Positions 1-8,223 of a stretch of 64,000 bases of DNA are shown in pieces. A model generated the notes under the pieces. The model searched no databases. It saw nothing but the letters and a program-made list of their open reading frames with translations, and was not told the origin of the DNA. Position 1 is the stretch's first letter, and every line of letters starts with the position of its first letter. The stretch lies in NCBI GenBank assembly GCA_038230095.1, contig JBBRNT010000004.1, forward strand, positions 20,448 to 84,447, given 5' to 3'. A program made the position numbers and the translations under genes. The stretch is from Candidatus Saccharimonadia bacterium (GTDB taxonomy: Bacteria > Patescibacteriota > Saccharimonadia > UBA4664 > JBBRNT01).

Positions 1-405
1 CAGGTAGCGCTCCTCCTGGGATTAGGCGTCGCCGTTTTCCACCTCCACATGGTCGGTAGCTTTCTCCAATTTGGCATAGCCGCCACCTTTGGCGTCATCG
101 TTTTCCTGGCCTTCGGCTTTACGGTGGCTGGCTGGGCCAAGGACGAGAACCAGGCCGCCCCCATTGCCAATCTAGTGACTTTCCCCATGCTCTTCCTATC
201 CGGCGTATTCTTTCCCCGCGACAGCTTCCCCGCGGTACTCAAAACCATTACCAATTACTTCCCGCTGACGTTCCTGGCCGATGCCCTTCGCCGCATTGCC
301 AATGAGGGCGCCACGCTGGTGACCGTACGCGGCGACATGCTCGGCCTAGCCGTCTGGGGCGTGCTCATGTTTGTAGTCGCAGTCCTTGTCTTCCGGTGGG
401 AGTAG
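1..405 (+). CDS. ABC-2 type transporter permease (5'-partial)
   Basis: Frame open from the window edge; PMLFLSGVFFP...YFPLTFLADALR and the C-terminal FRWE are typical of ABC-2 permeases. Confidence 0.85.
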   Translation, partial: QVALLLGLGVAVFHLHMVGSFLQFGIAATFGVIVFLAFGFTVAGWAKDENQAAPIANLVTFPMLFLSGVFFPRDSFPAVLKTITNYFPLTFLADALRRIANEGATLVTVRGDMLGLAVWGVLMFVVAVLVFRWE

Positions 406-993
406 GTGGTGTCAGCCTACCAGCTTGCTGGCTATTTTGGCGGCATTCTTGCCACCATCCTGGTCATACCCTATATCTGGGAAATATTCTATAGACAGGT
501 TAAGCCCGAGCGGGCGAGCTGGCTTGTTTGGACCGTATTAGCGGGTATTTCGTTTTTTTCCCAGCGCTCAGCCGGCGCCGGCGCGTCGCTGTGGTTCACT
601 GCTGGCAACTGGCTGGGCGTACTTATAGTGTTTATCATCTCCATATTTAAGGGCGTGGGCGGGCTCACATGGTTTGATCTGACGGTTCTCGGTCTGGCTG
701 GCCTCGGAACAATTGGCTGGCTAACCCTGGGTAACCCGGCTCTGGCTATTACGAGTATTATCTTCGCTGACTTTGTAGGGACCCTACCCACAATTATTAA
801 GGCCTATCATCAGCCCGCTAGCGAGTCCAAGACTGCCTTCGCCATAGGCACTGTTTCAGCCGCGTTTGGAGTGTTTGCGGTCGGCAGTCTCAACCCTATT
901 CTTTTGGCCTTCCCCGGCTATCTCCTACTGGCCGATGGGGCAGTTGTAGTCGCCATCCTGCTGGGCCGCCGGGCTCATCACCATCGTGCTTGA
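406..993 (+). CDS. Integral membrane protein (PQ-loop-like duplicated 3-TM repeat)
   Basis: Hydrophobic 195 aa; IPYIWEI...KPERASW and LPTIIKAYHQPASE repeats. Confidence 0.6.
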   Translation: MVSAYQLAGYFGGILATILVIPYIWEIFYRQVKPERASWLVWTVLAGISFFSQRSAGAGASLWFTAGNWLGVLIVFIISIFKGVGGLTWFDLTVLGLAGLGTIGWLTLGNPALAITSIIFADFVGTLPTIIKAYHQPASESKTAFAIGTVSAAFGVFAVGSLNPILLAFPGYLLLADGAVVVAILLGRRAHHHRA

Positions 994-1018
994 CGAACGG
1001 GTGGGTCATGAGCATAAT
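990..1018 (+). promoter_or_regulatory. Sigma70-type promoter TTGACG-N17-CATAAT
   Basis: -35 at 990-995, -10 at 1013-1018, upstream of the 1077 ORF. Confidence 0.7.
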
Positions 1019-1076
1019 GCCAAATAAAGCATAAGCAAAATCAAAACACACCAAACACCAATAGATAGGCCCACCA

Positions 1077-2624
1077 ATGCTTAAGCGCGCCCTCACAACT
1101 ACTCTGGCTAGCGCCATCCTCGCTGCAGTTATTATACCGAGCTTTGCCCTAGCCTCCAGCCCTCCTCCCACCCTCTCGCAGTGCGGCTCGGGTACCGGCG
1201 CCACTGCCATCGTCCAGCTCAATGCTGGTCAGCAGTTCACTGTCTACGTCCGCGTACCACAGGCTGCCACTAGCCACGCATTTACTCTAACCCAACAGGA
1301 CTTTACGAGCGGTGGCTGTATTGCCCAAAAGCCGCTAGCAATTATCGATACCCGCTGGCACAGGCTGGCTGGGCTTGTTACTGGTAGTGACAATGTCGTT
1401 GCTAGCCTAACGCTGGACGCACCCGGTTTTGAGGCTGCCTTTGCGAGCGACAAGCCGCAGCTCCTCCTCCTACCAGCCATCAACGCGCCATGCACGCCCG
1501 ACGCAGAGTGCACACTCAGCTACCTGGGGCACGATGCCACCCTCAACCCAAAGGTGGTTTCTCTGCCCTCGGACACCCTGGAAGTACTGCAGGCGATGCC
1601 GGTTAGCGGCGACGCAGTAAAGCAGGTGAACTACCTAGTAGACAGCCAGTTTGCCTACCAAAGTGCCGATCTAGCGTCGTTTGACACCCGCTACGTTCCG
1701 GCCGGCAGGCATGTGCTTACCCGGCAGGTGGTGTTTGCATCCGGGCAATCACTGTCCATTTCCCAGTCCGACGCCGGTGACGCCAACTGGTGGGGGAGCA
1801 TGCGCCGTGTGGCTAGTTACTACTACCTACGGTACCGACCAGAGCTTATTCTAGGGACGATTGTTCTGAGTGTCTTTTTTCTGATTATGCTCATCCGGCT
1901 CTTTGCCATTGCCTTAGAAGCCTTTGAGCTGCGCCATAAGCACAGCGCGGTGGCATACACCAGGCGGGGTGACCGCTCCAGCGCTACCACCTCGGCTGCC
2001 CAGCAGGTGGCCGCAAGCGACGCGGGCTACCGTCACTTCCTAGTCATCCATTGGCTGAGCCTGGGCATTAAGTGGCTTGTGGGCCTGGCCGTTGCTGCCG
2101 CCCTAGCTGTTGCGGTTTGGAACTACGGCATAGCCTTCTTTGCCGTCAGTGGCCTCAGCATGTTTCCCACCCTGCATGATCACGACGGCATGGTCATAAG
2201 CCGGCTCGGCCGGACCTGGGCGGACATGGGCAGTCGCCCCTTCGTCCCACATCGCTTTGCCATTATTGTCTTCAAGCGTGAGTCTAGCATTGCTGGCAGT
2301 GGGGAAGTGGAGTACATAGTAAAGCGCGTCTACGGACTGCCCGGGGAGCGGGTAGTGGTGCGTGGGGGCAAGGTGACCGTCTACAATACCGAGCACCCCA
2401 AGGGCTACAATCCTGACGACGGTCAGTACTGGCGCTACCCCGTAGACACCATTGGCTCTATCGACACGGTGGTGCAGCCCGGTGAGGTCTTTGTCATGGG
2501 GGACAACCGGCCCGAGAGTATAGACTCCCGCGTTTTTGGCGCCGTCCCATCCACCACAATTGTTGGCGAGGTTGTCGGCCGCCTCACGCCAATCAAAGAC
2601 GCCAAGCTGTTTCTAGGAGAGTAA
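1077..2624 (+). CDS. lepB: Signal peptidase I (S26) with a large N-terminal exported domain
   Basis: C-terminal SGLSMFPTL (Ser), YIVKRVYGLPGE (Lys) and VMGDNRPESIDSR boxes; N-terminal signal peptide and two internal TMs. Confidence 0.8.
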   Translation: MLKRALTTTLASAILAAVIIPSFALASSPPPTLSQCGSGTGATAIVQLNAGQQFTVYVRVPQAATSHAFTLTQQDFTSGGCIAQKPLAIIDTRWHRLAGLVTGSDNVVASLTLDAPGFEAAFASDKPQLLLLPAINAPCTPDAECTLSYLGHDATLNPKVVSLPSDTLEVLQAMPVSGDAVKQVNYLVDSQFAYQSADLASFDTRYVPAGRHVLTRQVVFASGQSLSISQSDAGDANWWGSMRRVASYYYLRYRPELILGTIVLSVFFLIMLIRLFAIALEAFELRHKHSAVAYTRRGDRSSATTSAAQQVAASDAGYRHFLVIHWLSLGIKWLVGLAVAAALAVAVWNYGIAFFAVSGLSMFPTLHDHDGMVISRLGRTWADMGSRPFVPHRFAIIVFKRESSIAGSGEVEYIVKRVYGLPGERVVVRGGKVTVYNTEHPKGYNPDDGQYWRYPVDTIGSIDTVVQPGEVFVMGDNRPESIDSRVFGAVPSTTIVGEVVGRLTPIKDAKLFLGE

Positions 2625-2636
2625 TTGCGTCAGAAT

Positions 2637-2665
2637 TTGACAAACACTAATTCAATCAGCATAAT
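2637..2665 (+). promoter_or_regulatory. Sigma70-type promoter TTGACA-N17-CATAAT
   Basis: -35 at 2637-2642, -10 at 2660-2665. Confidence 0.75.
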
Positions 2666-2707
2666 CCTTATTAAAGCATAAGCAACATAAAAACAACGGA
2701 ACAATTC

Positions 2708-3196
2708 ATGCCAAAAACCACCAAGTCCACATCCAAAACAACCACCGTCAACAAGCTCAGCGTAGCCGGTCTACAGAAAATGTCCGATCGTAAGAAAACC
2801 GCTCTTATCGCCCTCATTGTCGGAGTCATCGGCGTCAGCAGCTTCTTCGGCTACTCCGCGTACCAGGATAGCCAGCTCAAGGCTCTTGCAGCCACCTACA
2901 CCCCCATGGGCTCATCACGCGGCGTAACTGCCGTTGCCTGCAAGAAGGTTTTTAGTGGTGGTGTCACCGTCGTCCAGATTATTGCCTGGGGCACACCCCC
3001 AGCAGGCTACAACTATCTCGGATCGTTCTCGGGCGGGCCGCTGCGCCTTAGCAGTGGGCCAATTTCATCACAAGGCACCTCAATCCAGTTTGTCCCCTCC
3101 ATCCAGTATATTAGCTGGGTCCTGACTCGGCCGGGGCTAGGCTACAGCTATGATGGTGGTGGCCTCCAGCTAGGGAGTATTAAAACCTGCGGCTAG
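2708..3196 (+). CDS. Hypothetical single-TM membrane-anchored protein
   Basis: Lys/Thr-rich N-terminus, one TM, small exported domain with 2 Cys; own promoter. Confidence 0.65.
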   Translation: MPKTTKSTSKTTTVNKLSVAGLQKMSDRKKTALIALIVGVIGVSSFFGYSAYQDSQLKALAATYTPMGSSRGVTAVACKKVFSGGVTVVQIIAWGTPPAGYNYLGSFSGGPLRLSSGPISSQGTSIQFVPSIQYISWVLTRPGLGYSYDGGGLQLGSIKTCG

Positions 3197-3232
3197 TCGT
3201 CCCAGACGTGCCCAGCGCGTATAATAGCTCTC

Positions 3233-4144
3233 ATGCAGCGTTTGTGGAGCTCAACCAAATCTGAAAATGTCCATTGGCGCCAGCTACTAGCCACCTCCCG
3301 GCCCCTGGCCTGGCTTAAGACAGCTGGGCCCTTCCTGGCCGGCGGCTGGCTGGCCTACGGCCACCCCACCCCCCAGCTGCTCATTGGCTTTACCTACTTT
3401 CTGTTTCCCTACAATCTAGCGCTCTACGGCGCTAGCGACGCCTACGACTTTACCGCCGATGCCCACCACTCGCGCAAGGCCGGCGCAGAGTCCATACTGC
3501 CCACCGCCAAGCGCCACCAGCTGTGGTTCTGGATTGCGGTAGTTAATCTACCATTCCTGGTTTATCTTTTTCTAAGTGGCACGCTCGGTAGCCGGCTCTG
3601 GCTGCTTTTCAGCCTGGGCATGGTTGCGCTCTACGGCCTGCAGGGTATTCGCCTGAATGAGATCCCATTCATAGACTCTATTGTCTCTAGCATCCACTTC
3701 TGGAGCCCGCTGGTCTATGGCACGCTGCTCGGCGGGGGATCCGTCACCTATCGGCCGGCCCTGGCCGCCTTCATCCTCTGGGCCATGGCCACCCAGTCCT
3801 TTGGCGCTATCCAGGATCTAGCCTATGACCGTGCCGCCGGGGTAGCATCCATTGCTACCGCCCTCCGCGAGCGAGGCACGGTCTACTTTGGGGCTATCTG
3901 TTACGCTCTGGCCGCTGGATTGGTCATACTAGGTTTTGGCCTGCCAGGCCTTGTTGTAGGCATAGCGCTACTAGGCTACGTTATAAATGTCTTGGTTGCA
4001 GGCTTCTCAGCGGGCCCACCCAGCCTACGCTACCGCCGGGGCTGGCAAGTCCTGCAGCGGCTCAATCTACTCGTCGGGCTTATCATCATCATCGGCTTGC
4101 TTGTTATCCTGAACCCGTTCGGCCACGAACTGCTGCTGCACTAG
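3233..4144 (+). CDS. UbiA-family prenyltransferase (CrtEb/lycopene-elongase-like)
   Basis: SRPLAW, FPYNLALYGASDAYDFTAD...RK, EIPFIDS, FGAIQDLAYDRAAGVASIAT motifs. Confidence 0.8.
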   Translation: MQRLWSSTKSENVHWRQLLATSRPLAWLKTAGPFLAGGWLAYGHPTPQLLIGFTYFLFPYNLALYGASDAYDFTADAHHSRKAGAESILPTAKRHQLWFWIAVVNLPFLVYLFLSGTLGSRLWLLFSLGMVALYGLQGIRLNEIPFIDSIVSSIHFWSPLVYGTLLGGGSVTYRPALAAFILWAMATQSFGAIQDLAYDRAAGVASIATALRERGTVYFGAICYALAAGLVILGFGLPGLVVGIALLGYVINVLVAGFSAGPPSLRYRRGWQVLQRLNLLVGLIIIIGLLVILNPFGHELLLH

Positions 4145-5016
4145 TCGCGGAGCTTCTTTTCCATAAAGGCTCGGAGTCGGTCGCCGTACGCCTCCGTCTG
4201 GAGGGCCACATCTATTACTGATTGTAGGTAGGCCATGGGGTTGCCGGTATCGTGGTAGGCGCCGTCAATCACTCGGCCATACACTGCATCTGTCTTGGCC
4301 AGCTCATTAAATGAGTCTGCTAGCACAATCTCACCACCTGCCCCTACCTGCTCCTTGGCAATAATCGGAAGAATGTCCGGTGTCAGAATGTAGCCGCCAA
4401 TGGTTGCCAGGCGGGAGGGAGCCGCATCGGCCAGTGGCTTCTCAATTATCTCGTCCAGCTGCCAAGTATTGTGATTCAGCTGCTTTCCAGTGCGCACAAT
4501 GCCGTACTTGGACACATCGGCCTGGTCTACTTCTACCAGCGCTGTCACAGACTTACCGGTCTGCTCATAGGCCTCCAGCATTTGTACCGTGCGTGGCACC
4601 TTGCCCGTAAAGAAGTCGTCTGCAAACAGTACGAAGAACGGCTCGTCGCCCAGTAAGTGGGCAGCGTTCAGGACGGGCCGGGCATTACCTTTGGGGGAGC
4701 CTTTCTGCCGCACGTAGATGAAGTTGGCCATCTCCGCAATCTCTTGGATCTGTTGCGCCTGCGCCTCCTTGCCCTTATCCCGTAGCTCATTCTCTAGCTC
4801 CGTTGCCCGGTCAAAGTGGTCCTCAATAGCGCGCTTCGTTGAGCCGGTCACAATAATAATCTCAGTCACACCAGCAGCAATGGCTTCTTCTACCACCATC
4901 TGGATCACGGGCTTATCAATAATTGGGAGCATTTCCTTGGGCATGGCCTTGGTCTGGGGCAAGAACCGTGTGCCTAGGCCGGCGGCCGGAATGATAGCTT
5001 TGGTAATCTTTTTCAT
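4141..5016 (-). CDS. galU: UTP--glucose-1-phosphate uridylyltransferase
   Basis: KAIIPAAGLGTRFLPQTKAMPKEMLPIIDKP signature. Confidence 0.92.
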   Translation of the reverse strand: MKKITKAIIPAAGLGTRFLPQTKAMPKEMLPIIDKPVIQMVVEEAIAAGVTEIIIVTGSTKRAIEDHFDRATELENELRDKGKEAQAQQIQEIAEMANFIYVRQKGSPKGNARPVLNAAHLLGDEPFFVLFADDFFTGKVPRTVQMLEAYEQTGKSVTALVEVDQADVSKYGIVRTGKQLNHNTWQLDEIIEKPLADAAPSRLATIGGYILTPDILPIIAKEQVGAGGEIVLADSFNELAKTDAVYGRVIDGAYHDTGNPMAYLQSVIDVALQTEAYGDRLRAFMEKKLRD

Positions 5017-5064
5017 GCCCCTATTATCTGCTAGGGACTAAGCTATCTGCAACCCCGGTCTGCT

Positions 5065-6138
5065 ATGATGAAGGGCGTGAAAAACATTGTCTTTACCCGC
5101 ACATCGCCCACTGCCGGCCGGCTCGGCACTGCCCACGGCAGTGTTCCTACGCCCACGTTCATGCCGGTAGGCACGGTGGGCTCGGTCAAGAGCCTTACCT
5201 TTGACCAGGTGCGCTCCACCGGCGCCGGCATTGTTCTGGGCAATACCTACCACCTGCATCTACGGCCCGGCGAGGCCATAGTCCAAGCCGCCGGGGGGCT
5301 AGCAGAGTTTGGACAGTGGCAGGGCCCCATGCTGACAGACTCTGGCGGCTTCCAAGTATTTTCACTCGCCAAGATCCGCAAGATTACCGATGCCGGCGTT
5401 ACCTTCCGCGAGCCCAAAAGCGGCGATGAAATATTTATTTCGCCTGAAATTAGTATGCAGATCCAGTTTGCGCTGGGGGCGGACATTATTATGGCTTTTG
5501 ATGATGTTGTCAGCCTAGATGGCAGTGAGGCTGGTCGGGAGGCCGAGGCGCTGTCTCGCACGCACGCCTGGCTGGAACGCTGTGTAGCCGAGCATAGACG
5601 GCTCAGCAAGGGCATGGCCACTCCACCGGCGCTTTTTGGCATTGTGCAGGGGGGATTAGACCAATCCCTACGCCGCCGCAGCCTGGAGTTTGTCCAGTCT
5701 CAGCCAGTGGCCGGTATTGCCATAGGCGGTCTGAGTGTAGGGGAACCACGGGCCGACATGTTTGCCATGCTGGAGTACCTGGAGCCCATGTACGATGCCG
5801 CCCGCCCGCACTACCTGATGGGCGTCGGCCATCCGCTAGACCTCCGCTACGCCTTTGCCCACGGCATAGATATGGCCGATTGTGTGCTGCCCACCCGCAA
5901 TGCCCGCCACGGCCAGTGCTGGATCACCGGTGATGAGACGCTTAATCTCAAGTCCGAGCGCTACAAGGCCGACTTTGGGCCCCTAGACGCTAGCTGCGAC
6001 TGCACCACCTGCACTGGCGGCTACTCGCGGGCCTACCTGCGTCACCTGTATGCAGCTGGGGAAGTTCTGGCCGGTACCTTAGTCTCCATCCACAATCTCC
6101 GCTACTTGCAGCGCATTGCCGAAGGCTTCCAGGCCTAG
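5065..6138 (+). CDS. tgt: tRNA-guanine transglycosylase
   Basis: TPTFMPVGT, LGNTYHL, TDSGGFQVFSL, HYLMGVG, DCVLPTRNARHG, CDCTTC...H zinc site. Confidence 0.95.
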   Translation: MMKGVKNIVFTRTSPTAGRLGTAHGSVPTPTFMPVGTVGSVKSLTFDQVRSTGAGIVLGNTYHLHLRPGEAIVQAAGGLAEFGQWQGPMLTDSGGFQVFSLAKIRKITDAGVTFREPKSGDEIFISPEISMQIQFALGADIIMAFDDVVSLDGSEAGREAEALSRTHAWLERCVAEHRRLSKGMATPPALFGIVQGGLDQSLRRRSLEFVQSQPVAGIAIGGLSVGEPRADMFAMLEYLEPMYDAARPHYLMGVGHPLDLRYAFAHGIDMADCVLPTRNARHGQCWITGDETLNLKSERYKADFGPLDASCDCTTCTGGYSRAYLRHLYAAGEVLAGTLVSIHNLRYLQRIAEGFQA

Positions 6139-6671
6139 TCTACGGTAATAGATTCGAGTATCTGCTTGATCACTGGGTTGCTGGGCGTTAGATCCGCCAA
6201 TACTGCATTGAACATGCTTGCCGCATGCCACGCCCCCTTGGCGTCCTGGAAGCTAACCACGTAGACAGTGTGCGCATTGCTCTTAGCCTCGCAGACTGGG
6301 AAGTCCTTGCCAGCTATGTGCGCAATCAGTACAACACTCAGCGTGCCCGCAGCCGTACATATACTCGTCTGGCTTGGGTCGGTGGCGTCCTTTGGTGCAA
6401 TAGACATGACCAGTGTGTCACTGGTTCGGCCCGGACGCGCCAGAATAGCCGTACCACCGGGTGCCACCGTGCGACCATCGGAGAAGAATAGGAGGGTATA
6501 GTGCGTGCCCTTGTTGACGTACTTGGTGGTCACCAGTGTAGCGGCGGAGTCCAGCGTAGCGTTCTGCAACATAGCCTGGTCAATCAGCGGCTTGAAGAAA
6601 ATGTAGCCGGCTACGCCCAGGCCCACTACCAACACACCAATACCAATCAACACCCATTTGAAGACTTTCAT
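6135..6671 (-). CDS. Hypothetical N-terminally anchored exported protein
   Basis: 178 aa ORF with N-terminal TM. Confidence 0.6.
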   Translation of the reverse strand: MKVFKWVLIGIGVLVVGLGVAGYIFFKPLIDQAMLQNATLDSAATLVTTKYVNKGTHYTLLFFSDGRTVAPGGTAILARPGRTSDTLVMSIAPKDATDPSQTSICTAAGTLSVVLIAHIAGKDFPVCEAKSNAHTVYVVSFQDAKGAWHAASMFNAVLADLTPSNPVIKQILESITVD

Positions 6672-6712
6672 ACTCTCAGCTTAGCATAAGCATAATTCAT
6701 AGCCCAAATGAA

Positions 6713-6753
6713 ACACCCCCCACGGATAGACTGGTGTCTACCGTGGGGGGTGT
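6713..6753 (-). terminator. Long GC-rich hairpin, likely terminator of the 7395 gene
   Basis: acaccccccacggatagac-tggt-gtctaccgtggggggtgt inverted repeat. Confidence 0.65.
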
Positions 6754-6780
6754 GGTGTAGTCGCGTGGTACCCAGCTAGT

Positions 6781-7395
6781 TTAGCTGGCGCTGGCGGGCA
6801 CGAAGCCGCGCGGAGGGGTCTGCAGGATGCTCTCAAGGACGTCGCCGCTCACGCCCGGCTTGATCAGCCCGCGGTGGGCTTCGCAGCGCCACATCTGGTG
6901 TCCGTTGCCAACGTCTACCGCCGAGGTTGCGTGGGCGCGGCAGGTATCCGAGGCGGTGCGTACATCAGCCTTCATGGGGAAAGCGCAATCCTTGAGCAGG
7001 AGATCGATGGGCACCATTACCGCTGCGGGCTCCAGGCCCACTACCTGTGAGCGGTCGAGCTTGCTGCCATCGGGCGGGAAGAGTGTGATGATCTCGCCAC
7101 TCATGTGGGCCTCCAGGAACAACCGGGTGCCGCCACCTTCCAGACCGGGCCCCATGTCGCGCGCACTCAGGAACATGGCGTTGGCCTCGTAGAACAGATC
7201 GGCGCAGTTCACCCAGCGCTTCGGCAGTGGTGGGAAGCCTTCACCCTCGGCCATCCACTTCAGCGTGACCACCAGATCGGCCAGATCAATGCTGATCGTG
7301 GCGATCTCACCCCGGCGGAGATAGCCCTCACGAGGGTTCTGCACTTCGATTTGACCGCCAATGTAGCGGTCGAGCACTTCTTGGGTAAGTTGCAT
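6781..7395 (-). CDS. Hypothetical protein with a C-terminal Cys/His cluster
   Basis: ORF with SD-like AGAAAG before MQLTQEV; C..C..H..C..H near the C-terminus. Confidence 0.6.
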   Translation of the reverse strand: MQLTQEVLDRYIGGQIEVQNPREGYLRRGEIATISIDLADLVVTLKWMAEGEGFPPLPKRWVNCADLFYEANAMFLSARDMGPGLEGGGTRLFLEAHMSGEIITLFPPDGSKLDRSQVVGLEPAAVMVPIDLLLKDCAFPMKADVRTASDTCRAHATSAVDVGNGHQMWRCEAHRGLIKPGVSGDVLESILQTPPRGFVPASAS

Positions 7396-7527
7396 GGCTA
7401 TCTGCTTTCTGTCGAGACGGTGCGTCTTACGAATGGGCGCATAATACAATATATTTGCCTAAATAGCAATGCTATAAGGATTCATCAAATTATTTGGTAT
7501 ACTTGGTGCTAGTTCGAATCTAGCCAT

Positions 7528-7604
7528 GGGGATGTAGCTCAGTTGGTTAGAGCAGGCGGCTCATAACCGCTTGGTCGCTGGTTCAAGTCCAGCCGTCCCC
7601 ACCA
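7528..7604 (+). tRNA. tRNA-Ile2 (CAU, lysidine-modified)
   Basis: Cloverleaf GGGGATG...CGTCCCC-A-CCA, anticodon CAT; body AGAGCAGGCGGCTCATAACCGCTTGGTCGCTGGTTCAAGTCCAGC closely resembles E. coli tRNA-Ile2. Confidence 0.88.
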
Positions 7605-7640
7605 ATAAAAGTGCCTCACGAAAGTGAGGCACTTTTATTG
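7604..7640 (+). terminator. Rho-independent terminator
   Basis: aataaaagtgcctcac-gaaa-gtgaggcacttttatt. Confidence 0.85.
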
Positions 7641-7845
7641 ACGAGTCAGATTGTGGATTTGGACCAGCGACACGCTGGTTCGCGTAGCGTTCCTATCCCC
7701 TACACGTGGTCTTTCTAGGGGGAGAGGGCCTCAGATGCGCTCGGATGCCCCATACGCTACAATGGCGGCCACGCGCTTCCCTAGTTCTGTGTCGAAGTTC
7801 AGCTATTTGCAGGCTGTTTAAGAGCTTGTATTGTACAATATGCTT

Positions 7846-8223
7846 ATGGAAAAAGGCTCCTTTAGCCGCGGTGCATTTATAAATGGTATTGGCCTAGTTG
7901 TGGTCATATACCTAGTGGCATTACTAGTGCAGACAGTCAAACGTAATAATGATCTCCGGGGGCAGATTAGCAGCCTCCAGGCGAGCATTACCGAGCTGGA
8001 CAATGAGCGCCAGGACCTGGCCTACAAGATTAACTACTACAATACCGATGATTTCCGCGAGAAAGAGGCACGGGCCAAACTCGGTCTGCAAATGCCCGGC
8101 GAGTCGGTTATTATCCTGCCACCGGTAAACACGAGTGCCACTGCCGGCACAGCAGCTGCCACTGCGGTCCGAAGCCAGCCGAACCCCACCCAGTGGTGGA
8201 ACTTCCTTCGAGGCCGCTCGTGA
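7846..8223 (+). CDS. Septum formation initiator (FtsB/DivIC family)
   Basis: TM + coiled coil + REKEARAKLGLQMPGE motif. Confidence 0.8.
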   Translation: MEKGSFSRGAFINGIGLVVVIYLVALLVQTVKRNNDLRGQISSLQASITELDNERQDLAYKINYYNTDDFREKEARAKLGLQMPGESVIILPPVNTSATAGTAAATAVRSQPNPTQWWNFLRGRS

